This document shows, one piece after another, positions 20,037 through 27,768 of a stretch of DNA of 64,000 nt (its first letter is position 1; every line of letters begins with the position of its first letter). Made by a program: the position numbers and the translations under genes. The notes under the pieces are model-generated. The model worked only from the letters and a program-made list of their open reading frames with translations, was not told where the DNA came from and made no database searches. The DNA comes from an uncultured Clostridia bacterium (GTDB lineage Bacteria > Bacillota > Clostridia > Christensenellales > CAG-917). Location of the stretch: assembly GCA_947625225.1 (NCBI GenBank), contig CANQNQ010000003.1, forward strand, positions 40,068 through 104,067, read 5' to 3'.

Positions 20037-20545
20037 GCAAAAGCGCAATAAAGGTCATACGCTTTTTTGGTCTTATACCGCACACAAAAATCTTAACGGC
20101 TCATGATATCTGTATCCACAGATATAACTCACCTAATTTTTGTGTTAGGTTTGCGCCTGCGGCGCTTATAGGTTGGCACGTCAAGACACGACGTGCTTTT
20201 GTTATCTCAAAAGCACCAAAAGGTCACATGCCTTTTTGATGTTCTACCGCACATAAAAATCTTAACGCTGCGTAGATATGCGCCTCCGCGCATATGACTC
20301 CGCTAATTTTTATGCTTGGTGTTGCGCCTACGGCGCTTATCGTTTGCACATCGACATGATGTGCTTTTGTTATCTCAAAAGCACCAAAAGGTCACATGCC
20401 TTTTTGATGTTCTACCGCGCATAAAAATCTTAACAGCTCATGATATCTGTATCCACAGATATAACTCACCTAATTTTTGTGTTTGGTTTACGCCTGCGAC
20501 ACTTATCGTTTGCACGTCAAGACACGTGCTTTTTGTATGCAAAAA
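20037..20545. repeat. three tandem ~168-bp structured repeat units (period 168-169 bp)
   Basis: The marker TCTTAAC recurs at 20091, 20260 and 20428. Each unit holds a ~64-nt long hairpin, a GCGCC-N3-GGCGC hairpin and a terminator-like hairpin plus T-run (see findings). Confidence 0.85.
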
Positions 20546-20831
20546 GTACGCTGAAAATTCACACATAGATCATATATGAATGTATCACTTCGATTTGATT
20601 TATAAAATACACAATTTGTGTATTAAGGTCATACTTACGATTACAAATTGATTTAACAATTATTACAGACACACAAGATATTGTTTGTTTTTATAAGGAT
20701 TCTAAATTTATAAAAACACATTGCGTGTTTATGCACAATTTTTAAAACACGTATCGCATATTAAAATTCAAGGTGCCGGAAAGAAAATGCTTAACTTGCT
20801 TTTAATCAAATTTGCCAATTCAAATTTATGT

Positions 20832-20859
20832 TTGAAAATATGTATTCGTATGTTATAAT
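20832..20859 (+). promoter_or_regulatory. sigma-70-type promoter for the ABC transporter genes
   Basis: TTGAAA, 16-nt spacer, TATAAT, 15 nt upstream of the ATG at 20875. Confidence 0.55.
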
Positions 20860-20874
20860 TTGTTTGAGGTAAAT

Positions 20875-21783
20875 ATGGACGCAATAAGAACATATGACAT
20901 ATCAAAGACTTATCGCGACAAGCAGGTATTGGACGGCGTCAGCATAACCGTGCGCCAAGGCGACATATATGGACTTGTGGGCAGCAACGGCGCCGGCAAG
21001 ACCACCCTTATGCGCATTATTTTGGGTATTGCCGCGCCCACGGATGGCAAAGTCGAAATATTCGAAAGCGACGATCTGCCCAATGAGAGGCGCAAGATCG
21101 GCGCGCTGGTGGAGGCTCCCGCCATAAACAAACGCATGACGGCGTTTGAAAATATGAAGGTAGCCGCCGAGGCGCTAGGCGTACGCAACGACGCTCAACT
21201 GAAACGCCTGCTTCAGCATATGAATTTGGAGCCTGAAAATCCCAAAAAAGTCGCCAACTTCTCACTTGGCATGAAGCAAAGGCTGGGCTTGGCAATGGCG
21301 ATGATAGGCAATCCGCAGATACTTATACTTGACGAGCCCACCAACGGGCTGGACCCGACCGGCATTGTCGAGATACGCGATCTCATACGTCAGCTGAACG
21401 AATCGTACGGCGTGACGGTGCTGATATCCTCGCATTTGCTGTCCGAACTTGGCAAGCTGGCGACTGTCTACGGCATACTCAAGGACGGCAAACTCATCAA
21501 AGAGCTGCGCGAGGAGGACATTGCTCTGCTGGCTAAGCCCTACATCAAGCTGACTGTCACGGACTGCCCTCGCACTATGTCGCTGCTTAAGGACAACGGC
21601 TACGAGGCGATGGCGCATTCACTGAACACCGTACACGTAACGACGGACAGCGCGCACATTGCAGAGGTCATCAATATGCTGTCCTCAAACGGTGTGGGTA
21701 TACTTGGCGTAGAACAACGCGAGGGTGACCTCGAAAGCGAGTTTATAGGACTTATGGGAGGTGTTCCGCATGAAAAAATTTGA
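20875..21783 (+). CDS. ABC transporter ATP-binding protein (ABC-2 / BcrA-like subfamily)
   Basis: Walker A GSNGAGKTT, signature FSLGMKQRL, Walker B ILILDEP. The ATG is preceded by GAGGT. Confidence 0.9.
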   Translation: MDAIRTYDISKTYRDKQVLDGVSITVRQGDIYGLVGSNGAGKTTLMRIILGIAAPTDGKVEIFESDDLPNERRKIGALVEAPAINKRMTAFENMKVAAEALGVRNDAQLKRLLQHMNLEPENPKKVANFSLGMKQRLGLAMAMIGNPQILILDEPTNGLDPTGIVEIRDLIRQLNESYGVTVLISSHLLSELGKLATVYGILKDGKLIKELREEDIALLAKPYIKLTVTDCPRTMSLLKDNGYEAMAHSLNTVHVTTDSAHIAEVINMLSSNGVGILGVEQREGDLESEFIGLMGGVPHEKI

Positions 21784-22603
21784 TGTAAACCTCCTGCGCG
21801 CGGATCTATATCGTCTGCGCAAGCAAAAGAGCGTTTGGATAGCGCTTGGCGTGATGGCAGGCGTGGCGCTGCTTTTGTCCGCCATCTTCGCGATCGGACT
21901 TGCCGCTCTCTCCGCCCTGCCGCAGGACGACGTCGCCGCAAGCCAAATAGAGATGGAGATGATGCGGGATTCCTTCTATATGTTGTACAAACAACTGCTG
22001 TTCGGCTTTTCAGATACTGCTTTGGTCACAACGATGCTTATAATCGTCATCAGCTTGTTTGTCGGCAGCGACTTTGCCACCCGTCGCATAACTATGTTGG
22101 TCGGGCGCGGCGCGGACAGAACGCATATATATATCTCGCACAGCATTGTCATCGTCATCGTGACCGCCGCGTACACGATGTTTGCGCTGCTGATCGGCGG
22201 GATATGCTTCGCAATATTCGGCAGCGGAAACATATCCTTCGACGCACACGACTTTGGCATACTCATGCGCGACTTTGCCCTGCAATTGCTGTCAAACATT
22301 TCCTATGCGTCCATCACGCTTATGCTGGTCTATCTGCTGCGTTCATCGGGCGGCGCGCTTGGCGCCATGCTGGGCATCACTTACGGACTAAGCATGATAT
22401 TCAGCATTGTGTTTATGTTTGCAAGCAGAAATATAAATACCGATTGGATCATGTATATGCCGCTACAGCAGACTGACGTTGCCGCTGTCGGCACAAAAAT
22501 GTCAGACCTGCAAATTTGCGCCGCGACGATAATGCCCGTGTTCTACACCGCTCTTTCAACATTTGTGGGAATGTTCACTTTTGCAAAACGTGACCTGAAA
22601 TAA
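21770..22603 (+). CDS. ABC-2 family transporter permease
   Basis: 277 aa with about six hydrophobic helices. Its start overlaps the end of the ATPase gene by 14 nt, with GGGAGG upstream. Confidence 0.8.
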   Translation: MKKFDVNLLRADLYRLRKQKSVWIALGVMAGVALLLSAIFAIGLAALSALPQDDVAASQIEMEMMRDSFYMLYKQLLFGFSDTALVTTMLIIVISLFVGSDFATRRITMLVGRGADRTHIYISHSIVIVIVTAAYTMFALLIGGICFAIFGSGNISFDAHDFGILMRDFALQLLSNISYASITLMLVYLLRSSGGALGAMLGITYGLSMIFSIVFMFASRNINTDWIMYMPLQQTDVAAVGTKMSDLQICAATIMPVFYTALSTFVGMFTFAKRDLK

Positions 22604-22788
22604 ATTTCTCAAATATATCCAAATTCGTAGTTTAGATTATAAATTATGTTATGTAAACTTCGGATTTTAATATTTAACGATATTATAAACAACCATATCA
22701 TTCGCAGCAGCACACCGTTGCCGCCTACGAACTTATATATGTTGTATGAGTAAAATAAAAAACAGCCCTGTGAGCTGTTCTTTATTTT

Positions 22789-22864
22789 ACTGTGCGCCAT
22801 CTTTGACATACGCTACCGAAGCGGAAACAGCGTAGGCGGCTCCTTCAAAGTTTCCCCGTGGCAC
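22789..22864 (-). pseudogene. duplicate of the 3'-terminal 76 nt of the SRP RNA (copy A), with its own terminator
   Basis: Identical to 23383..23458. The sequence diverges immediately after CCCCGTGGCAC. Confidence 0.85.
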
Positions 22865-23086
22865 GTGGCAACTTAGTCATAAAAAGCGGTATGCCACAAA
22901 CAAATTTTATACAAAACGTCAATATCCTATCCAATTATCCTCTATTCCGACCGCAAACACCATATCACTTTGTGTTTTATGGCTGTCCGTCAGGCATTCC
23001 GCAGCAGCACTAAGCGTTTGCCGCCTACACATATATAGACATTCAAAAGTAAAAGGAACAGCAGTACTTCGACTGCTGTTCCTTTT

Positions 23087-23162
23087 ACTGTGCGCCATCT
23101 TTGACATACGCTACCGAAGCGGAAACAACGTAGGCGGCTCCTTCAAAGTTTCCCCGTGGCAC
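23087..23162 (-). pseudogene. duplicate of the 3'-terminal 76 nt of the SRP RNA (copy B), with a different terminator
   Basis: One mismatch against 23383..23458. It is followed on the minus strand by an 11-bp-stem hairpin, AGGAACAGCAG/CTGCTGTTCCT. Confidence 0.85.
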
Positions 23163-23345
23163 GTGGCAACTTAGTCATAAAAGCGGTATGCCCAAAACAG
23201 ATTTATGCAAAACGTCAATATCCTTTCCTGCTATCATTTTATTCCAACTAAGAACAACGTCTCACTTTTGGTTTTATGGCTCTCCGTCAGGCATTCCGCA
23301 GCAGCACACCGTTGCCGCCTACGAACTTGTATATGTTGTATGAGT

Positions 23346-23382
23346 AAAATAAAAAACAGCCCTGTGAGCTGTTCTTTATTTT
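23346..23382 (-). terminator. intrinsic terminator of the SRP RNA gene (bidirectional shape)
   Basis: Hairpin AACAGC-N7-GCTGTT flanked by A and T runs. Confidence 0.7.
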
Positions 23383-23647
23383 ACTGTGCGCCATCTTTGA
23401 CATACGCTACCGAAGCGGAAACAGCGTAGGCGGCTCCTTCAAAGTTTCCCCGTGGCACACGCCGGTTCTGCTTAGTGCTGCTGCGGTCAAGCTCTGACAC
23501 GGTTCACAGTAAGACATTGCACGGGACCTTGCTATCAACGCTCCTTGCGCTGTGCGGCCAACCATAACATAAGCCTGGGATGGTGTTCGGCACTGCTATT
23601 GCGGATTGCAGTTTACAGGGCACCGCAAGCTCCCCGTCTAGCACAGT
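23383..23647 (-). ncRNA. ffs: signal recognition particle RNA, long (Alu-domain-containing, Bacillus scRNA-like) form, ~265 nt
   Basis: The minus strand reads GCGGUGCCCUGUAAACUGCAAUCCGCAAUAGCAG, matching from memory the Alu-domain motifs of B. subtilis scRNA. The domain IV strands are GAACCGUGUCAG...GCAGCAGCACUAAG...GUGUGCC. The 5' ACUGUGC pairs with the 3' GCACAGU. Confidence 0.8.
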
Positions 23648-23653
23648 GTACAA

Positions 23654-23682
23654 AGTATATCATCAATTGGCGAATTTGGCAA
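23654..23682 (-). promoter_or_regulatory. sigma-70-type promoter of the SRP RNA gene
   Basis: The minus strand reads TTGCCA, 17-nt spacer, TATACT, then 6 nt to the predicted 5' end. Confidence 0.6.
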
Positions 23683-23694
23683 GCACAATTTGAA

Positions 23695-24765
23695 CTATTG
23701 CAACGCATGCTCGCAATACAGACATTTTTCGACGCCGTCTGCGCTCACAGTAGATTTGCGGACAAAACCGTTTTCGTTGTTGGTTATGCACTTGCTGTTG
23801 TGGCAAACTTTGTCCGTACGTTCGCCTGTTGGCAATGTTGCGGGAGCGCTGAGATACTCGTCGCTTGTCAGTGTAAGCAGCAGCGCCATCCTCATCAGTT
23901 TGCCGTTGAGGGTCTGACGGAAGTACGCGGCGCGCGGGTCGTCGTCCACATCTTTGGCGATCTCGTTGACTCTTGGAAGCGGATGGAGTACGCGCATCGT
24001 GGCCTTTGCGCGTTGCATAATATCGCAGGTCAGAACATAACAATCCTTCACGCGCTTGTATGCCTCCACGGACGGAAATCTTTCGCGTTGAACGCGCGTC
24101 ATATACAGCACATCCAGTGAAGCCACGCTGTCCTCAAGCGACGTGGTTTCTATATAGTCCGCACCCGCCTCGGTCAGCGCGCGCTTGGTATATGCGGGCA
24201 GCTTAAGCTCCTCGGGCGAAATGAGTACGTAGCTTATCCCCTTGTATCTGAGCATCGCGTTTATCAGCGAATGCACCGTTCTGCCGTACAGCAGATCGCC
24301 GCAAAGTCCTATCTTAAGGTTGTCCAGCCTGCCCAACTCGCGGTGAATGGTCAGCAGATCCGCCAGAGTCTGCGTGGGATGGCAGTGACCGCCGTCGCCC
24401 GCATTGATGATGGGCACGCCCGACTTTTCGGCAGCGGCAAGCGCGGCGCCCTCGATGGGATGGCGCATTGCGATGATGTCCGCGTAGTTGCTTACCACTC
24501 GCACTGTATCGCTCACGCATTCGCCCTTTGCCGCGGACGAGGAGGAAGCCTCCGAAAAGCCCAACACGCTGCCGCCAAGCTCCAGCATAGCTGCCTCGAA
24601 GGACAGGCGCGTGCGCGTGGACGGCTCGAAAAACAGCGTCGCCAGCTTTTTGCCGCTGAGCGCATGCGCATATTTGTCGCCATGCGCGGCGATGTCCTCG
24701 GCGGTATATATCAATTTATACAGCTCCTCAACACTGAGGTCGCATACGTCAAGCAAATGTCTCAT
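23695..24765 (-). CDS. pyrB: aspartate carbamoyltransferase catalytic chain fused to a PyrI-type zinc domain
   Basis: STRTRLSFE and HPTQ motifs, plus a ~55-aa C-terminal extension with CHNSKCIT...CLYCE. The ATG overlaps the pyrE stop as ATGA. Confidence 0.9.
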   Translation of the reverse strand: MRHLLDVCDLSVEELYKLIYTAEDIAAHGDKYAHALSGKKLATLFFEPSTRTRLSFEAAMLELGGSVLGFSEASSSSAAKGECVSDTVRVVSNYADIIAMRHPIEGAALAAAEKSGVPIINAGDGGHCHPTQTLADLLTIHRELGRLDNLKIGLCGDLLYGRTVHSLINAMLRYKGISYVLISPEELKLPAYTKRALTEAGADYIETTSLEDSVASLDVLYMTRVQRERFPSVEAYKRVKDCYVLTCDIMQRAKATMRVLHPLPRVNEIAKDVDDDPRAAYFRQTLNGKLMRMALLLTLTSDEYLSAPATLPTGERTDKVCHNSKCITNNENGFVRKSTVSADGVEKCLYCEHALQ

Positions 24766-25403
24766 TTTTTTATCCACCCCTCGTCGGACGGATCGTCGCG
24801 GAACGCCATCAGGCGCGCCACGTCCGTCGTTGATATATAGCCTTCCTCTGCGGCGACTTCGGCAAGCGCGTCAAGGTCGCAAAGGCTGTAGTTGACTACA
24901 TCAGACTCTTTGAGTCTGTCCTTGCCCTTTTGCATGCCGTAGGTGAATATGGATACGACGCCAAGCACGTCGGCGCCCTCTTCCCTCAGTGCCTCGACCA
25001 CCTCAATGACGGAGCCGCCCGTGGAGATAAGGTCTTCGACCACCACGACTTTTTGACCGGGGAGCAGTTTACCCTCTATGCGGTTGCCTCTGCCGTGGTC
25101 TTTGGCGCCTCCGCGCACATATCCCATGGGCAGATCGCACAGCCAGCCGACTATTGCGGCATGCGCTATACCCGCCGTACTTGTGCCCATAAGGACTTCA
25201 ACCTCTTTGAAATGCGTTTTTATGAGAGCCATCAGGCCCTCCTCCACGTGGCGGCGCACCTGAGGCGCAGAGAGCGTGAGGCGGTTGTCGCAATAAATGG
25301 GGCTTTTGATGCCGCTTGCCCAGGTGAAGGGCTGATCGGGGCGCAGGAACACCGCGCCGATGGAAAGCAGATCCTTTGCAATAGTCCTCTTCAAATCTTC
25401 CAT
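24762..25403 (-). CDS. pyrE: orotate phosphoribosyltransferase
   Basis: PRPP-binding motif [13 protein letters not shown]. The start is set at MEDLKR, with GAGGG 5 nt upstream. Confidence 0.9.
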   Translation of the reverse strand: MEDLKRTIAKDLLSIGAVFLRPDQPFTWASGIKSPIYCDNRLTLSAPQVRRHVEEGLMALIKTHFKEVEVLMGTSTAGIAHAAIVGWLCDLPMGYVRGGAKDHGRGNRIEGKLLPGQKVVVVEDLISTGGSVIEVVEALREEGADVLGVVSIFTYGMQKGKDRLKESDVVNYSLCDLDALAEVAAEEGYISTTDVARLMAFRDDPSDEGWIKK

Positions 25404-25418
25404 ATATACCCTCAATAA

Positions 25419-26117
25419 TTATTTTTCCAAAAATTCGCTTACGGCGCGCCTGTATGCGGCGACGGGATCCTCAGCTGCGGTGATGGGTCTGCCCATCACA
25501 ATGTAGTCCGAGCCGAGTCTTGCAGCCTCTGCGGGAGTGGTGACTCTGGACTGATCTCCGACCTCTCCGCCCGCAAAGCGCACTCCGGGCGTGACGGTCA
25601 AAAACTCCATTCCGCACGCCTCATGCACCTTGCCCGCTTCAAGCGGAGAACACACTACGCCATCCAATCCGCAAGCCGCGGCATTGCGGGCATAGGACAT
25701 CACAACTTCATCGATCGGCAGTTTAATAAGCAATTCCTGTTCCATCAACTGCTGATTTGTGCTGGTAAGCTGCGTCACGGCGATAAGCAACGGACGCGTC
25801 CCGTCCGCCCTTGTCAAGCCATCAAGCGCCGCTTTCATCATGGCGCTGCCGCCCGCGGCGTGCAAGTTGACCATATCGACGTCCAGCCCCGAAAGCACGT
25901 TCATTGCGCGCTTGACGGTGTTGGGAATGTCATGCAATTTGAGGTCGAGAAAAATTTTGTGTCCGCGCGCTTTTATGCGCTCCACAATGGAAGGCCCTGC
26001 CGAATAGAAAAGTTCCATGCCGATTTTGACAAATAGCTTTTCCTCTTTGAACATGTCAAGAAAGCTCAGTGTTTTTTCCGCGGTGGGAAAATCCAGCGCG
26101 ACGATGACGTCCTTCAT
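25419..26117 (-). CDS. pyrF: orotidine 5'-phosphate decarboxylase
   Basis: Motifs ALDF and [11 protein letters not shown]. The ATG overlaps the pyrD stop as ATGA. Confidence 0.93.
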   Translation of the reverse strand: MKDVIVALDFPTAEKTLSFLDMFKEEKLFVKIGMELFYSAGPSIVERIKARGHKIFLDLKLHDIPNTVKRAMNVLSGLDVDMVNLHAAGGSAMMKAALDGLTRADGTRPLLIAVTQLTSTNQQLMEQELLIKLPIDEVVMSYARNAAACGLDGVVCSPLEAGKVHEACGMEFLTVTPGVRFAGGEVGDQSRVTTPAEAARLGSDYIVMGRPITAAEDPVAAYRRAVSEFLEK

Positions 26118-27028
26118 CTGTGCGCACCTCCTATGATATCTTTAAGGCTGTTTATGCCGTATTTTTCCATAACTTTTGGCAAATCGTTGATTATGTCGCG
26201 ACAGGCGTAAGGATTGACAAGATTTTCCGCGCCTATCTCCACAGCGGTGGCGCCCGCAAGCATCATCTCGATGACATCCTCTGCCGACGATATGCCGCCC
26301 ATACCGATGATGGGCAGTTTGACGGTTTCGTACACGTCGTACACCATCCTCAGCGCGACGGGCAATATAGCTCTGCCCGAAAAGCCGCCCGCCTTGTTGG
26401 CTATGACGGGTCTGCGCGTTTTGAGATCTATGCGCATGCCGAGCAGCGTGTTGATCAGACTTATGCCGTCCGCGCCGCCGTCCTCGCAAGCGCGCGCGAT
26501 AGCTTTGATGTCCGTGACGTTGGGGGTCAGCTTCATGTAGACGGGCTTTTTGCAGACCGCCTTGACCGCATTGGTCACCTCGTACACGCATTTGGGGTCG
26601 GTGCCGAAGCTCATTCCGCCGTCGTGCACATTGGGACAACTTACATTTATCTCAAGTATGCCTATCTGTTCCTCGTCGTCCAGCTTGCGCGCGGTAGAGG
26701 CGTATTCTTCCACCGAAAAACCCGACACATTGGCGATCGCTTTTTTACCAAAAACCTTTTTCAGCTTTGGCAATTCCTCCGCGATAACTCTGTCCACGCC
26801 GGGATTTTGCAGCCCGACGCTGTTGATAAGCCCCTGCGTGCACTCCGCGATGCGAGGCAGCGGATTGCCGTAGCGCGCCTGGGCGGTGGTGCCCTTAAGC
26901 GCGATGGAACCGAGAATGTTTATATCGTAAAAATCGGCGAATTCATAACCGAATCCGAATGTTCCCGATGCGGGTATGATGGGATTGTCCAACTCCAAGC
27001 CCGAAAGCGAAATCTCTACATATGCCAT
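26114..27028 (-). CDS. pyrD: dihydroorotate dehydrogenase B, catalytic subunit
   Basis: Begins [25 protein letters not shown] after GGAGGAGG. The longer 337-aa ORF start was rejected. Confidence 0.93.
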   Translation of the reverse strand: MAYVEISLSGLELDNPIIPASGTFGFGYEFADFYDINILGSIALKGTTAQARYGNPLPRIAECTQGLINSVGLQNPGVDRVIAEELPKLKKVFGKKAIANVSGFSVEEYASTARKLDDEEQIGILEINVSCPNVHDGGMSFGTDPKCVYEVTNAVKAVCKKPVYMKLTPNVTDIKAIARACEDGGADGISLINTLLGMRIDLKTRRPVIANKAGGFSGRAILPVALRMVYDVYETVKLPIIGMGGISSAEDVIEMMLAGATAVEIGAENLVNPYACRDIINDLPKVMEKYGINSLKDIIGGAHR

Positions 27029-27747
27029 ATTACCTCCTCCGCGTCGAACACGGGGCCTTCCTTGCACACGCGCTTTACGCCGTTTTTGGTGATTATACTG
27101 CAGCCCATGCACGCGCCGAAGCCGCACCCCATCCTCTCCTCAATGGAGACAGAGCCGCCCACGCCTTCCAGCTTTTTTGCGAGCGCGCGCAGCATGGCGT
27201 ATGGTCCGCACGCGTACCAATGGGTAATGTCGCCATCTACAGCGTCGGTTACGAAGCCCTTTTTGCCGTAGCTGCCGTCGACGGTGACCACCGTTACATC
27301 AGCGCCAAGCTTTGCAAACTCTTCTTCGTAGAAAACCTCGTCCGCACTGTTGAAGCCCAGCACGACTTTGCACTTTCCGCCCAGACGTTTTGCCAGCAGA
27401 TAGAGAGGCGGAACGCCCACGCCACCGCCCACAAGCAGCGGTCTTTCACCCGCGAGGGAGAGGCCGTAGCCGTTGCCAAGTCCCGTCAACAAATTGAGCG
27501 TCGCGCCGCTTTTAAGCTCCGACATGGCGTCCGTGCCCTTGCCCACCGTCTTATATATAAGCGTCAGCTCGTCGCCGTCTACGTCGCAAACGGATATGGG
27601 ACGACGCAGGAAAAGTCCGTCGATTCTGACGTTGACAAACTCCCCCGCATTGACTATGGCGGAGGTATCGCCGACAAGTTTCATCTGAAAAACGCGCTTG
27701 GCGATCTGCATGTTGGAACTTACTGTAAAATCACATATTCGTTGCAT
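27016..27747 (-). CDS. pyrK: dihydroorotate dehydrogenase electron-transfer subunit
   Basis: 243 aa. FAD/NAD-binding fold with the C-terminal 2Fe-2S motif CGFGACMGC. Confidence 0.9.
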   Translation of the reverse strand: MQRICDFTVSSNMQIAKRVFQMKLVGDTSAIVNAGEFVNVRIDGLFLRRPISVCDVDGDELTLIYKTVGKGTDAMSELKSGATLNLLTGLGNGYGLSLAGERPLLVGGGVGVPPLYLLAKRLGGKCKVVLGFNSADEVFYEEEFAKLGADVTVVTVDGSYGKKGFVTDAVDGDITHWYACGPYAMLRALAKKLEGVGGSVSIEERMGCGFGACMGCSIITKNGVKRVCKEGPVFDAEEVIWHM

Positions 27748-27768
27748 AAAGTACCTATTTTATATGTT

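Larger units (their letters stand above)
22697..23382. repeat. tandem ~297-bp units built from SRP RNA fragments, downstream of the intact SRP RNA gene
   Basis: ACTGTGCGCCATC recurs at 22789, 23087 and 23383, giving periods of 298 and 296 bp. Confidence 0.85.

Noticed and set aside
19970-20579. ORFs of 89 and 87 aa, plus short hydrophobic peptides (for example MISVSTDITHLIFVLGLRLRRL), inside the 168-bp repeats
   Set aside because: They have no Shine-Dalgarno sequences. A 1-nt indel between units changes the frame, so no peptide is conserved. Conservation follows base pairing instead.
22609-23107. ORFs of 66 and 62 aa, both starting MSKMAHSK
   Set aside because: The shared start is simply the duplicated SRP RNA 3' segment read as protein. 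The frames run through terminator hairpins and diverge completely afterwards.
23383-23647. Alternative identities for this RNA (tmRNA, RNase P RNA, 6S RNA, T-box or other riboswitch)
   Set aside because: It has no tRNA-like T arm or CCA end and no tag ORF, which rules out tmRNA. It has no GAGGAAAGUCC element, which rules out RNase P. No downstream gene lies on that strand for a leader to regulate. The SRP Alu-domain and domain IV motifs fit instead.
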